In this document: one piece after another, positions 45,581-55,044 of the stretch | Position numbering within the stretch: position 1 is the stretch's first letter | How the letters are laid out: each line of letters starts with the position of its first letter | IMG/VR virus record: IMGVR_UViG_3300005512_000004 | Reading direction: 5' to 3' (one strand) | Length of the DNA stretch: 64,000 nt | Source of the DNA: an uncultured virus (IMG/VR IMGVR_UViG_3300005512_000004) | Lineage: Duplodnaviria > Heunggongvirae > Uroviricota > Caudoviricetes | Position numbers and translations under genes: made by a program | Notes under the pieces: generated by a model | Database searches by the model: none | Seen by the model: only the letters and a program-made list of their open reading frames with translations | What the model was told of the DNA's origin: nothing

Positions 45581-48500
45581 TGGCAAATAAGCAGTTACAA
45601 CTTCGCCGCGGTGACGCTTCCGCACATAATAGCTTTATAGGGGCTGAGGGCGAGGTCACGGTCAACACGACCAACACGTCTATCCACGTCCACGATGGCT
45701 CAAGCGCCCGCGGCACAGAGCTAGCGCGCGCAGATCTCGGCAACATGGCGCTGACTGGTGATCTCAGCCTACAGTCGCGGAAAATTACGAACCTGGCCGA
45801 TCCTGTCGGCGCCCAAGACGCGGCCAATAAGCGCTACGTGGACGCGCAGATCAGCGGCGGTGCGGTTGCGTTTGAGTACATCACGGGGGTGAGTCTCAGT
45901 GAGGGCGTACTCGCCGATATTGCCGATGGCAATATGCTGATGTTTATCGACGGGAAGGTCCAAGACATCACCGTCGGCGGTAACGTCACAATCGATACCA
46001 ACGGCGCGGTCACCATCGGCAACGAGCAAGTCACGAACGGTATGCTCGTGAACAGCGGTGTGAGCGTAAACGCTAATACCTTGTCTTTGGGTGGCAGCCT
46101 AACAGTACAGGGCACCTCGAATGAGGTCGAGGTGAGCACGGTCGGCGGCACGATCACGGTCGGGTTACCAGACAGCGTAGTTGTTGCTAGCCAGGTAAGC
46201 GCTGCGTCCCTTAGCCTATCAGGTAACGCGAGCGTGGGCGGCGACATGGTGGTCTCGGGCAACCTCACCGTCAGCGGTACAACAACGACCGTAAACTCTA
46301 CCGAGGTGCTTCTCGCAGACAGCATCTTAACGCTAAACAGCGATATTAACCCCGCTGACGCGCCTACAGAGAACGCGGGTCTTGAGGTAGCGCGTGGCGC
46401 AGACGCGAAGGCGAGCCTGCTCTGGAATGAAACGACGGACGCGTGGGGCGTCCAGCTCACCGGTTCAACATTCTACAATCTACGTCACAAGGGTGTTGAG
46501 ATCGTAGAGGCTGACATCGCTGACGCTGCCATTACCACAGACAAGCTCGCAGACGACAGCGTCGTAACCGTGAAAATCCAAGACGCTGCCATTACCAACG
46601 CGAAGCTCGCGGGTGGTATCGTGGCGGATAAGCTCGATGGCGGTATCGGTTCTGATAAGCTCTCGGACTTCACAGACACGCTTGCTAAGACGAGCGGCAA
46701 CCTCATGGCTGCCAACGGGAGTACGTTTACGTCTCTGCCGACAGGCGGCGATGTGACCGCATCTATTAGTGGCGCCACGTTGTCCTTCGCGATCACGTCT
46801 GGCGTGATTGTTGATGCAGACATCAGCGCGTCTGCTGCTATCGAAGGTAGTAAGCTCGCGGACACGAGTATCCAGTCGGGCAAGCTCGCGGACTCTGCCG
46901 TCGTAACAGCGAAAATCGCGGACGGGAATGTTACCGCGCAGAAGCTCGCCAGCGACGCCCTCAGCAACTTCGACACCGACGGCCTCGCCGAAGGCACGAA
47001 CCTGTACTTCACCGATGCGCGCGCTGTGAGCGCTGTGACCGCGTCGGCAGGCAGCGTGCATGGCTTGTTCGCCGCAGGTAACGGGCTCTCGCTCAGCAAC
47101 GGCACGTTCGCGCTCACAGACAGCTTCACAGTAGCGGGTAACATCACCGCAGGTACCTTCACAGGCGCGCTGACGGGCGACGTCACGGGTACAGTATCTG
47201 ACATCTCGAACCACGATACGGGTGATCTCGCGGAAGGCTCGAATCTGTACTTCACCGACGCTCGCGCTCGCGCTAGCGTGTCCGTGGTCGATAACGAGGG
47301 TGATGGTTCGTTAAGCTACAACAGCACGTCGGGCGTGTTTAGCTTTACGGGTCCAAGCGCCGCTGAGGTACGCGCGCACTTTAGCGCAGGTACGGGTGTA
47401 GATCTTACGGGCGGCACACTCAGTATCGGCCAAGCTGTGGGTAGCGCAGATGACGTGACCTTTAACACCGTCACCGCAGGTACCTTCACAGGTGCGCTCG
47501 CAGGTGACGTCACGGGTACAGTATCTGACATCTCGAACCACGACACTGATGATCTTGGCGAAGGTGCTACTAACCTGTACTACACCGACGCACGGGCGCG
47601 CGGCAGCCTGTCTGTGAGCGATCTAGGTGGTGATGGGTCGCTGAGCTACGACAGCGCGACAGGCGTGTTTACCTTTACGGGCCCTAGCGCTGCTGAGGTG
47701 CGCGCGCACTTTAGTGCAGGTACGGGTGTAGATATTACATCTGGCGCAGTCAGTATTGGCCAGGCTGTTGAGACAAGCTCTGACGTGACGTTCAACACCG
47801 TCACCGCGGACACCTTCATAGGTGTGCATGTTGGCAACGTGATCGGTAACCTCACGGGTGACGTCACAGGTAACTTGAGCGGCGCGACCGCTACGCTGAC
47901 GGGCACGCTGAGCGCGCTCAACGCTACGCTCTCTGGTGACCTCGCTGTGGATGGTGGCGGTATTACGAGCACCGCAGCTACGCTTTCGATTTCGAGCTCT
48001 ACCGGCAACGTACAGGTGGAGAGCGTCGTGTTTAACGGCGCAGACGTATCAGGCGTCGCTGACTTGACCGCCTCGGGTACCGTTACGGCGAACACCTTCG
48101 TGGGCGCGTTCAGCGGCGCGGTGAGCTCAGACGTGTTGAGCGCGAGTACACTGACCGTAAACGACACGTTCGCGCTCAGCGGAGCCGACTTTACCATTGA
48201 TGGCACATCCATGACAGCGAGCGCGGCAGAGCTGAACGTGCTAGACGGCGTGGTGGGCGGCACCGCATCGGCGGATAAAGCTGTCGTGCTAGACAGCAAC
48301 CTTGATGTTGGCGGTATACGTCGTGTCGTGCTCAACAATACGGTTGCAGACGCGGACGCGCTGACGGTTCTCGACGGTAACGTTACGATCAGCGCAGGCG
48401 ACCTGGTCCTCTCACAGGGTAACCTAACCGTTAACTCTAAGCTCTTGGTGGGGCCTGGTAGCGCGATCACATCGCAAACAGATGAGATGCGCTTCGAGGA

Positions 48501-49038
48501 CTCGTTACTTCAGCTCAACTACTCAAGTGGGAAGTCGTTGTCGGACAACGCACTGAGCGGTCGACATGGTGGTGTGTGGTTACGTAACGACTCCGAGACA
48601 TCAGGTACGGCTACGGGCCTCTTCGCGGATGAGTCTGCAGATTGGTACTTAACGAAGGAGCACGCGGACCCGATCGCCAACTTTATGGCGAACCTCAGCA
48701 CGCTCTCTCGCGCTGATCTCTACGTAGGTACTGTGAGCGGTTCAATCGCGTCTAGCGGCGTCACGCGTACTGTAGAGACTTTTGCGACAAGCGGTGAGAC
48801 CCTAGACGCGACACACCACATCGTCTTTATTGACGGCAGTATAGATGATGGTGCCGTGATCAACCTCCCTGCTGCAGGTGACCACACGGGGCGCGAGTAC
48901 AAGATTAAGAACACCAGCTTGACTGCCGTCACGATCAACGCGCAGTCAGGCGAGCAGGTTAACGGTAACTCGTCCGACAGTGTCTACAGCGACGGTAAAA
49001 CGTACATCTCCAACGGAACCGCTTGGTTCAGCATCTAA
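45580..49038 (+). CDS. tail fibre protein with Mtd_N-like N-terminus
   Basis: LQLRRG..FIGAEGEVTV..HVHDG..G, KITNLADP..QDAANKRYVD, TD.L.EG.NLYFTDARA repeats, C-terminal LP.A..G..YKIK..W domain. Confidence 0.85.
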   Translation: MANKQLQLRRGDASAHNSFIGAEGEVTVNTTNTSIHVHDGSSARGTELARADLGNMALTGDLSLQSRKITNLADPVGAQDAANKRYVDAQISGGAVAFEYITGVSLSEGVLADIADGNMLMFIDGKVQDITVGGNVTIDTNGAVTIGNEQVTNGMLVNSGVSVNANTLSLGGSLTVQGTSNEVEVSTVGGTITVGLPDSVVVASQVSAASLSLSGNASVGGDMVVSGNLTVSGTTTTVNSTEVLLADSILTLNSDINPADAPTENAGLEVARGADAKASLLWNETTDAWGVQLTGSTFYNLRHKGVEIVEADIADAAITTDKLADDSVVTVKIQDAAITNAKLAGGIVADKLDGGIGSDKLSDFTDTLAKTSGNLMAANGSTFTSLPTGGDVTASISGATLSFAITSGVIVDADISASAAIEGSKLADTSIQSGKLADSAVVTAKIADGNVTAQKLASDALSNFDTDGLAEGTNLYFTDARAVSAVTASAGSVHGLFAAGNGLSLSNGTFALTDSFTVAGNITAGTFTGALTGDVTGTVSDISNHDTGDLAEGSNLYFTDARARASVSVVDNEGDGSLSYNSTSGVFSFTGPSAAEVRAHFSAGTGVDLTGGTLSIGQAVGSADDVTFNTVTAGTFTGALAGDVTGTVSDISNHDTDDLGEGATNLYYTDARARGSLSVSDLGGDGSLSYDSATGVFTFTGPSAAEVRAHFSAGTGVDITSGAVSIGQAVETSSDVTFNTVTADTFIGVHVGNVIGNLTGDVTGNLSGATATLTGTLSALNATLSGDLAVDGGGITSTAATLSISSSTGNVQVESVVFNGADVSGVADLTASGTVTANTFVGAFSGAVSSDVLSASTLTVNDTFALSGADFTIDGTSMTASAAELNVLDGVVGGTASADKAVVLDSNLDVGGIRRVVLNNTVADADALTVLDGNVTISAGDLVLSQGNLTVNSKLLVGPGSAITSQTDEMRFEDSLLQLNYSSGKSLSDNALSGRHGGVWLRNDSETSGTATGLFADESADWYLTKEHADPIANFMANLSTLSRADLYVGTVSGSIASSGVTRTVETFATSGETLDATHHIVFIDGSIDDGAVINLPAAGDHTGREYKIKNTSLTAVTINAQSGEQVNGNSSDSVYSDGKTYISNGTAWFSI
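47144..47800 (+). repeat. ~327-330 bp imperfect tandem duplication inside the fibre gene
   Basis: tcaccgcaggtaccttcacagg...gacgtcacgggtacagtatctgacatctcgaaccacga starts at 47144 and at 47471; third partial start at 47801. Confidence 0.85.
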
Positions 49039-49053
49039 TAAGAAGAGGGTATC

Positions 49054-49551
49054 ATGGCTGATATTATCCCATCGCAACGAACGCCGCTACCTCGTATGTC
49101 GCATGACACCTGGGGGCGTCTAAAAGACATTGTAACCATCCTCGTTATCCCAGCGCTTGGCTGGGTTATGATGCAGGTGGGCGCCATGTCGAAGCTCGAA
49201 ACCGAGGTCGCGAGCTTGAAGGTGTCTCTCGAAGAGTCACGCGCAACGATTCGTTATCTGCAAGACCGCGACAGCAACGTGTCTGCGCAGATCGCACGTC
49301 TTGAGGCGCGCTTCGAAGCAACAGAGACGCTGCTGATTCGACTCGAGAAATCGATCGACAAGCTGAACGCGCGCGTGGAAAAACTCGATGAGCGCTTAGA
49401 TAAGATGTCCCAGAGACTAAGCGCTCCGTCGTTCTGGGCGAGCTCGCCTTCTATCCCGTCCTTGTCGAACAACGCTGTCGGCCTCTTTCCACAAACACCA
49501 CAGCAGTTTAGCGCGGGTGTGCCTGCCACGACTGCGACCGTAACGCCATGA
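49054..49551 (+). CDS. membrane-anchored coiled-coil protein (lysis-cassette associated)
   Basis: TM IVTILVIPALGWVM followed by heptads. Confidence 0.55.
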   Translation: MADIIPSQRTPLPRMSHDTWGRLKDIVTILVIPALGWVMMQVGAMSKLETEVASLKVSLEESRATIRYLQDRDSNVSAQIARLEARFEATETLLIRLEKSIDKLNARVEKLDERLDKMSQRLSAPSFWASSPSIPSLSNNAVGLFPQTPQQFSAGVPATTATVTP

Positions 49552-49799
49552 ATCAGCGCTTCGCCTCTAAGAAGTTCGTCGCCTATCTGATAGGTGAGCT
49601 GACGTGGAAGTTTTTGATTTTCTACGTGGTATGGCAGTACAAAGAGCGTATAGATCACTACGCGTTCCTGGTGCTGCTCGCGATGATTATCACAGCGGGC
49701 TTCTTGCAGGTGGGCTACATTCTAGGACAAGCGGCGCTCGACAAGTACGCGCATATCGCTGAAAACGCCGTAGATCACAAAAGCGACAAGGACAACTGA
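49548..49799 (+). CDS. putative holin (2 TM)
   Basis: SKKF start, two hydrophobic helices, YILGQAALD, charged C-terminus. Confidence 0.6.
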   Translation: MNQRFASKKFVAYLIGELTWKFLIFYVVWQYKERIDHYAFLVLLAMIITAGFLQVGYILGQAALDKYAHIAENAVDHKSDKDN

Positions 49800-49801
49800 T
49801 C

Positions 49802-50125
49802 ATGCTTCTTCCGACGATCCCAAGTATCTCCGACATTAAGACCGTAGCGATAGGCGGCGTCGTCCTGTTGTTGGTCAGCCTCTGCGTGTTCGCAGGCTAC
49901 AATATGCGTGAGGCCGATCCTGCGATTTTGTGTGCGCCCCACATCTCACGTGCGGGCGTGCTCGCGCAGCAGATGAGCGATCTTCAGAAGTCGGTCGCTG
50001 CAGATCGCGCACGTTATATGGAGGAGTGCGAGAAGCGTGAGGAGGCGATGTGCCTTGAGCGGATTACGGAGGTGAAGAAGCGCATCACCGACCTGCGTTG
50101 TCGTATCTGTAAGGTGGCGCCATGA
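49802..50125 (+). CDS. putative inner-membrane spanin-like protein
   Basis: N-terminal TM plus Cys-containing coiled coil. Confidence 0.4.
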   Translation: MLLPTIPSISDIKTVAIGGVVLLLVSLCVFAGYNMREADPAILCAPHISRAGVLAQQMSDLQKSVAADRARYMEECEKREEAMCLERITEVKKRITDLRCRICKVAP

Positions 50126-50568
50126 GCTGGATGCTAGCGCTCCTGCCGCTCCTCTCACCGGTTATGCTTGTAGAGCCGATCTACGAGGAGATACGTCTCG
50201 CGGACGACCTCACGCTGCGCGCGGAGTACATCGGTGTCGAATGGCCTGCCCCGCACGAGGGTATGCTCGTTACGGTAGAGGACTTCGCGCTTATCGGCGC
50301 GGAGCTCGAGATGCGCACCAGCGTGTGCGATAGTCGTCTTAAGGCCTCACGCGAGCAGTGTATCGACCAGATCGGTAACATCATGTCGGACTGCCAAGCT
50401 CAGTTCTACGAGCTGACACACAAGCTCGAGCTCGCTACACACGAAAACAGCGCCTTAGATGCGAAGCTCGACCAAGCGCTCCTGTGGCAGAGTGTGTATA
50501 AGTGGACGAGTATTGGGCTCGTAGCTACGCTTGTCGGTACGGGCACTTACATCTTAATCAACCGCTGA
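50122..50568 (+). CDS. putative spanin-like membrane protein (signal peptide + C-terminal TM)
   Basis: MSWMLALLPLLSP.., coiled coil with Cys, C-terminal IGLVATLVGTGTYILI. Confidence 0.4.
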   Translation: MSWMLALLPLLSPVMLVEPIYEEIRLADDLTLRAEYIGVEWPAPHEGMLVTVEDFALIGAELEMRTSVCDSRLKASREQCIDQIGNIMSDCQAQFYELTHKLELATHENSALDAKLDQALLWQSVYKWTSIGLVATLVGTGTYILINR

Positions 50569-50573
50569 GGGCG

Positions 50574-50582
50574 TGCTATACT
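50574..50582 (+). promoter_or_regulatory. possible extended -10 (TGCTATACT)
   Basis: In the only sizeable gap of the late region, ahead of an AGGAGG RBS. Confidence 0.3.
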
Positions 50583-50605
50583 CGCCGCCGTAGCAGGAGG
50601 CAAGT

Positions 50606-53600
50606 ATGGCAGATATCGGAAACAGCACAGTCTATATAGGGTCGCCTGATTGGTATATCGGGGATCCGGAGTCTTACGCGGCGGAAGCAGACTACCTAGA
50701 CCCGCGCTCTGCGCAGTTCGGACTGAATGCGAGGGCCCGCTTTGTTGTTATGGGGGCGTACTCGCCAGACCCTGATGGGGACATGCTGTTCTATGATTGG
50801 GAGATTACACGGGCGCCTCCTAAGTCATTGTCGTCGCTGTACTCGATAGAAGACAACGCGACGTTCGAGGTAGACGCGATAGGTGTGTACGTAATCTCGG
50901 TGCTCGTCTCGGGCGCGAATGGTGGCGCACGTCAGCCTCTCGTGAGCTTCATCGCAGGCCAACCCGCGTCTGTCGCGTATAACAGCGGTATTGAGTACGA
51001 TGTGAGCTGGATATGGAGAACGTTGCCCGACTTTTGGTCTACGCTCGAGCAGGCAGACCGCGTAAAGATCGAGGCGATTTGGGCAAGCTTCCAGGCGCTT
51101 GCGTCCGCTGAGCTCATGGACGTCTTTAACACGAAGGACTCGATCGCGCTCGGCTCCCTCCAAGCGGACGTATTCAGGAAGTGGCAGTCGTTCGACCTCA
51201 CCATCGACATCTCACCGGCGCGCGTCTTATTCGGAGCAGATACTGCTTCTATAGAGGCGGTGTCTCCTACAGAGGCGCGTATCAGGCTCGTAAAAGCTCA
51301 GCAGCGGTATGACGCGAAGCTGATTAAAGCAGACGCGCTGCTCGTACAAGGTGTCACCCCTCAGACGTTTGACATTGGTCGGCCCGCGCGTGTCACCAAC
51401 GTAAGTACGGGCTTTATCGCGGACACGCGCATTACAGGTGTCGGTAAGACATCCGCGGGCGTATCGGTCTTCGCTATACCTCCGCAAGATATATCTCCCG
51501 CCGACCTCCCTGCGGCGTACGACCTCCGCCTCTTTGTCCCAGGTTACCTGTCTGACGTGGTAGTTCGTGTGGACGGGGAGTACTATCTCTCCTCTAGCGG
51601 AGGTGAGGGTTATCTGGATGTTACGGTGCCTCAAACAGAGCATCTCACGGAGGCAACGATCCCACCGCAGGTGTGGGTGACGGACGCAGAGCTGCTCGGC
51701 GTCTCTGTGGGAGACCTGCTTGAAGCAGAGGTGGTAGATCTCACGTCATCAAAACGGATCACGTTGTATGCGACGGCCGTCGCGGTCTTCGGCTCTATCG
51801 TAGCCGTAAACGTAGACGCGTCATTGAGAGATTACCTCTCGATGCTGTACGACGCAGATACGGTAAACGTGCTTCTTGAAGATATGCACAGCGTCGGGTG
51901 GGGAGCGCGCCACAAGGGATCGTGGCTAGACGGGCAGAGTATCTACCAAGTAGGCGTTGGGGGGCTATACGCGAAGAACATCGCGCTACGCGGTGTAAAG
52001 CTCTACAGGCGTAAAAGGGTACTGCTCGCGGACGACATACGTACGCTCTTCAGACTCACGACCGCGACAACGCGTATGACGCTCACAGATGAGGGCGCGA
52101 CCACGTCCACAGGTAATGTCGTCGCGGAGCTTCCACTCGAGCTATACGAGAATCTCGACTTCTACGTACGACGCGTTGCGGATTACGGCTACCGTCTCCG
52201 ATCGGAGACGCGTAATACGTTTGTGGCGGAGGGGTACGACTTCGAGCTCGCTGGGATTGAGCCCGGCCAAGTCCTATCTGTGACAACGGGGCTTGCTACA
52301 GGTACGTACACGATCTTGTCTATAGAGGGCGCGTCGGTGCTTGTGGAGCCCTTAGCGCCTACTGACTTCGCAGACGCGGAGTTCTACATACGCTCAGACA
52401 ACGCCTATCTCGAGCTACGTGTCCCCGCGTTGTATGAGCGCCGTACTGAGAAGCTCTGGGCAGAGTACGCTGTGTACGATAACGGCCCGCGTATCGAACA
52501 GACCTTCGGCTCCGCGATAGGGCTCAGTCGAGATTTTTGGGAAGCGCTCAACAATAAGAGCACGTATCGCGACGCGGTCGCGACGATTATTAAATCTCGC
52601 GTAAGCGCCTCTACGATCGAAGCTCTGGACGACGTAGTCTCGCTCTCACTCGGCATACCGGTAGCCCCGTTCAGATCTATCGTGAGAGACATAGATAACG
52701 AGTACCGCGTCTCTGACACGGGAGAGCCACTAGAGGCACACGTTGTCCTCGAAGAAGTGACAACGGGAGGTGCGCTCACAGGCAGGATATCGACACACAA
52801 CGTATCAGCGTCGAGCGGTACTCGACTAGGAAGCACGTCGGGGCTCGCGATAAACCCGAGCACAGGCGCACCTTATAGGGTAGGGGACGTGATCGAGCAG
52901 TACGCTTCTATTGGTGAAGGCGTACGTATTATTGACCTATACACCGCCAACAGGACGTTCGTGCTCAACGACGTGATTGACCGTCATCGGTTCGCTGTGT
53001 TGATCGACGTAGACTCTACCGCGTCTCTCGCGTCTAACCCAAGTAAGTTGACGCTCATGCAGTCTCTTATTTCGGAGACCAAGCCCTCGTATACGACATT
53101 CTTCGTAAGACTGCTCAAGTTTTTGGTCGATGAGATACACATCGAGGACGATGTGTTCTTTAAGCTACGCACGCGCTTCATCGACAACCCCTACCACCAT
53201 AGAGGCCCCGCTAACGTCTTTGATGACCAGATACCTGGCACCTCAAATCGAGACGAAGCGCCCATGCTTCCTTTGACGACATGGTTCCCTCGAGACGGGC
53301 TGTTCTCAGACGTCGACCTAGAGACGGGAGAGATCACGCTGACGTCGACGCGGGGCGGGTTTCTCGACCCGACAGACAACAGCATGGGCGCGGAGTTCGA
53401 GAGTACGGGCGTCTTCCCGTGGCTCGAGGCAGGAGATGGCGTAGAGGTTGTCTCCATGAGTCAGGTTAACTTCGACATCGTCTCTGTCGTAAGCGACACA
53501 GAGCTGCGTATAAAGACACGTTACATCGAAGATCGACTCTCTCTTATCGATCTCCCGACCACGCCTCAGCGGTTCTTTGCTTACAGGCTACTGTCGGACG

Positions 53601-54463
53601 GACACGTACGCGCGGGCATAGATGTTCCTCTTGAAGGGGCGCGTATTAAGATCGACTGCCTCGGGCAGAGTTCGACGAACTTCGGGCACGGCGACGTCCT
53701 GACCTTGGCTATGGATGACGGTACGCGATCTGGGAGGCTACGTATCCTCGAGACTGACCGCGATCCTGTTTCGGGCGTCGTTACGATAACAACCTACCCG
53801 CGCGTGCAGGGTATTGTGAGCGGTGTAGGCACGGTGCGCGTTTTCCGCGAGCTCATCAGAGATCGACGGATTACAGTGCCCGTAGGCGCTACGACTCTGG
53901 CGGTTAGCACCTTCTTAGAGTTAACCGATCACGCCTACACGCTCGGGCTAGATGTTGGTGACATCGTAGAGGTTGAGGGTACGACAGGGGCACGTATCGT
54001 CGGCATCAGCGATACGCGTGTCTTTACAGACGCACCACTACCGCCGCTCGCAGAAGGAACGTTGGTTACGTGCTCCCGTCCGAATACCAACGAGGGCGCT
54101 GACGACTTAGACGAGCAAGAGCTGGCTGTGGGGAGCTCAGTCTATCTCATAAGGCACGGCATCCAGGTCGATATGACGGTCGGAGTAATCACGACAGACT
54201 TCGAATTTAAGCCTGGAGACATCGTCTACTTCCCTAGCGTAAGTATCGATCTCGGTGAAGGGCAAGGCGTACTGCGTGTCTGCAGTAAAAATGCGCTCGG
54301 GCAGTACGAGACGAACTCTGTAAAGCATCCGCAGAGATTATTCGGCCACTTTACCAAAAGTGATCGATGTAGCGTGATACGCCAGGATGCGTTACACTCA
54401 GATTACTTTGTACGCAGCACGTCAAATACCATAACGTGGGGCGAACTTGGCCGAGGTCTTTAG
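50606..54463 (+). CDS. baseplate wedge / tail protein (putative gp7-like)
   Basis: N-terminal SPDPDGD.L.YDW..P PKD-like domain; LPDFW, LSLGIP.A and LISETKPSYT motifs. Confidence 0.55.
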   Translation: MADIGNSTVYIGSPDWYIGDPESYAAEADYLDPRSAQFGLNARARFVVMGAYSPDPDGDMLFYDWEITRAPPKSLSSLYSIEDNATFEVDAIGVYVISVLVSGANGGARQPLVSFIAGQPASVAYNSGIEYDVSWIWRTLPDFWSTLEQADRVKIEAIWASFQALASAELMDVFNTKDSIALGSLQADVFRKWQSFDLTIDISPARVLFGADTASIEAVSPTEARIRLVKAQQRYDAKLIKADALLVQGVTPQTFDIGRPARVTNVSTGFIADTRITGVGKTSAGVSVFAIPPQDISPADLPAAYDLRLFVPGYLSDVVVRVDGEYYLSSSGGEGYLDVTVPQTEHLTEATIPPQVWVTDAELLGVSVGDLLEAEVVDLTSSKRITLYATAVAVFGSIVAVNVDASLRDYLSMLYDADTVNVLLEDMHSVGWGARHKGSWLDGQSIYQVGVGGLYAKNIALRGVKLYRRKRVLLADDIRTLFRLTTATTRMTLTDEGATTSTGNVVAELPLELYENLDFYVRRVADYGYRLRSETRNTFVAEGYDFELAGIEPGQVLSVTTGLATGTYTILSIEGASVLVEPLAPTDFADAEFYIRSDNAYLELRVPALYERRTEKLWAEYAVYDNGPRIEQTFGSAIGLSRDFWEALNNKSTYRDAVATIIKSRVSASTIEALDDVVSLSLGIPVAPFRSIVRDIDNEYRVSDTGEPLEAHVVLEEVTTGGALTGRISTHNVSASSGTRLGSTSGLAINPSTGAPYRVGDVIEQYASIGEGVRIIDLYTANRTFVLNDVIDRHRFAVLIDVDSTASLASNPSKLTLMQSLISETKPSYTTFFVRLLKFLVDEIHIEDDVFFKLRTRFIDNPYHHRGPANVFDDQIPGTSNRDEAPMLPLTTWFPRDGLFSDVDLETGEITLTSTRGGFLDPTDNSMGAEFESTGVFPWLEAGDGVEVVSMSQVNFDIVSVVSDTELRIKTRYIEDRLSLIDLPTTPQRFFAYRLLSDGHVRAGIDVPLEGARIKIDCLGQSSTNFGHGDVLTLAMDDGTRSGRLRILETDRDPVSGVVTITTYPRVQGIVSGVGTVRVFRELIRDRRITVPVGATTLAVSTFLELTDHAYTLGLDVGDIVEVEGTTGARIVGISDTRVFTDAPLPPLAEGTLVTCSRPNTNEGADDLDEQELAVGSSVYLIRHGIQVDMTVGVITTDFEFKPGDIVYFPSVSIDLGEGQGVLRVCSKNALGQYETNSVKHPQRLFGHFTKSDRCSVIRQDALHSDYFVRSTSNTITWGELGRGL

Positions 54464-54477
54464 TAGAGAGGTGTTCT

Positions 54478-55044
54478 ATGTTTGACCGCATTAGCGAGTC
54501 GTGTAACGTGTTAGTCAGGGCTGTGAGTAAAAGCACACGCGAGGTGCTTCACGAGCGTGTTGGGCATAACGTGTGGACCAATACGGGGAGGGAGTACTCA
54601 TGTCTGCTAAAGACTATGACACCCGAGGGTGCGCCTTACCGCAGTGACCTTATCGCGTACATGGGCGTCGGGAGCGGCTCGCAGCCCGAGACGGTCAACG
54701 TGACCAGCCTCGTGACGCCCATCGCGTTCCAACAGGGCAGCTTCCTCAAGCCTATAGCGCACGCACGCACGTCGTTTCAGAGCGTCTCGAGCGGGGTACG
54801 CACTGCCGTACGTTACACGTGTGTGTATACCGAGGAAGAGTTTATCTTCTCAGGAAACTCATCCGTCTTGATCTCTGAGTGCGGCCTCTTTACGAACGGC
54901 AACCAAGACACGTTTGTGCGCGGAGGTCGTAATACGAACATTGACGTCGCGCGAGCACAGTCGCCCGTCGCGTACCACTCCTTTGACCCGATACCTAAAA
55001 CAAGCGGTATCGAACTCGAGATCATCTGGGAGCTTCGTCACTAA
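54478..55044 (+). CDS. tail collar / fibre attachment protein (putative)
   Basis: HNVWTNTGRE, YMGVGSG, ISECGLF, FDPIPKT..LEIIWEL pattern. Confidence 0.65.
   Translation: MFDRISESCNVLVRAVSKSTREVLHERVGHNVWTNTGREYSCLLKTMTPEGAPYRSDLIAYMGVGSGSQPETVNVTSLVTPIAFQQGSFLKPIAHARTSFQSVSSGVRTAVRYTCVYTEEEFIFSGNSSVLISECGLFTNGNQDTFVRGGRNTNIDVARAQSPVAYHSFDPIPKTSGIELEIIWELRH

Noticed and set aside
45580..49038. Diversity-generating retroelement target (Mtd-like N-terminus)
   Set aside because: No reverse transcriptase, no template/variable repeat pair with A-specific mismatches, and no C-type-lectin-like C-terminus seen in the window.
30517..49694. TTATCAC heptamers at about 30519, 39327 and 49687
   Set aside because: Inside rightward CDS, lacking the upstream CAAA box, with no leftward gene downstream.
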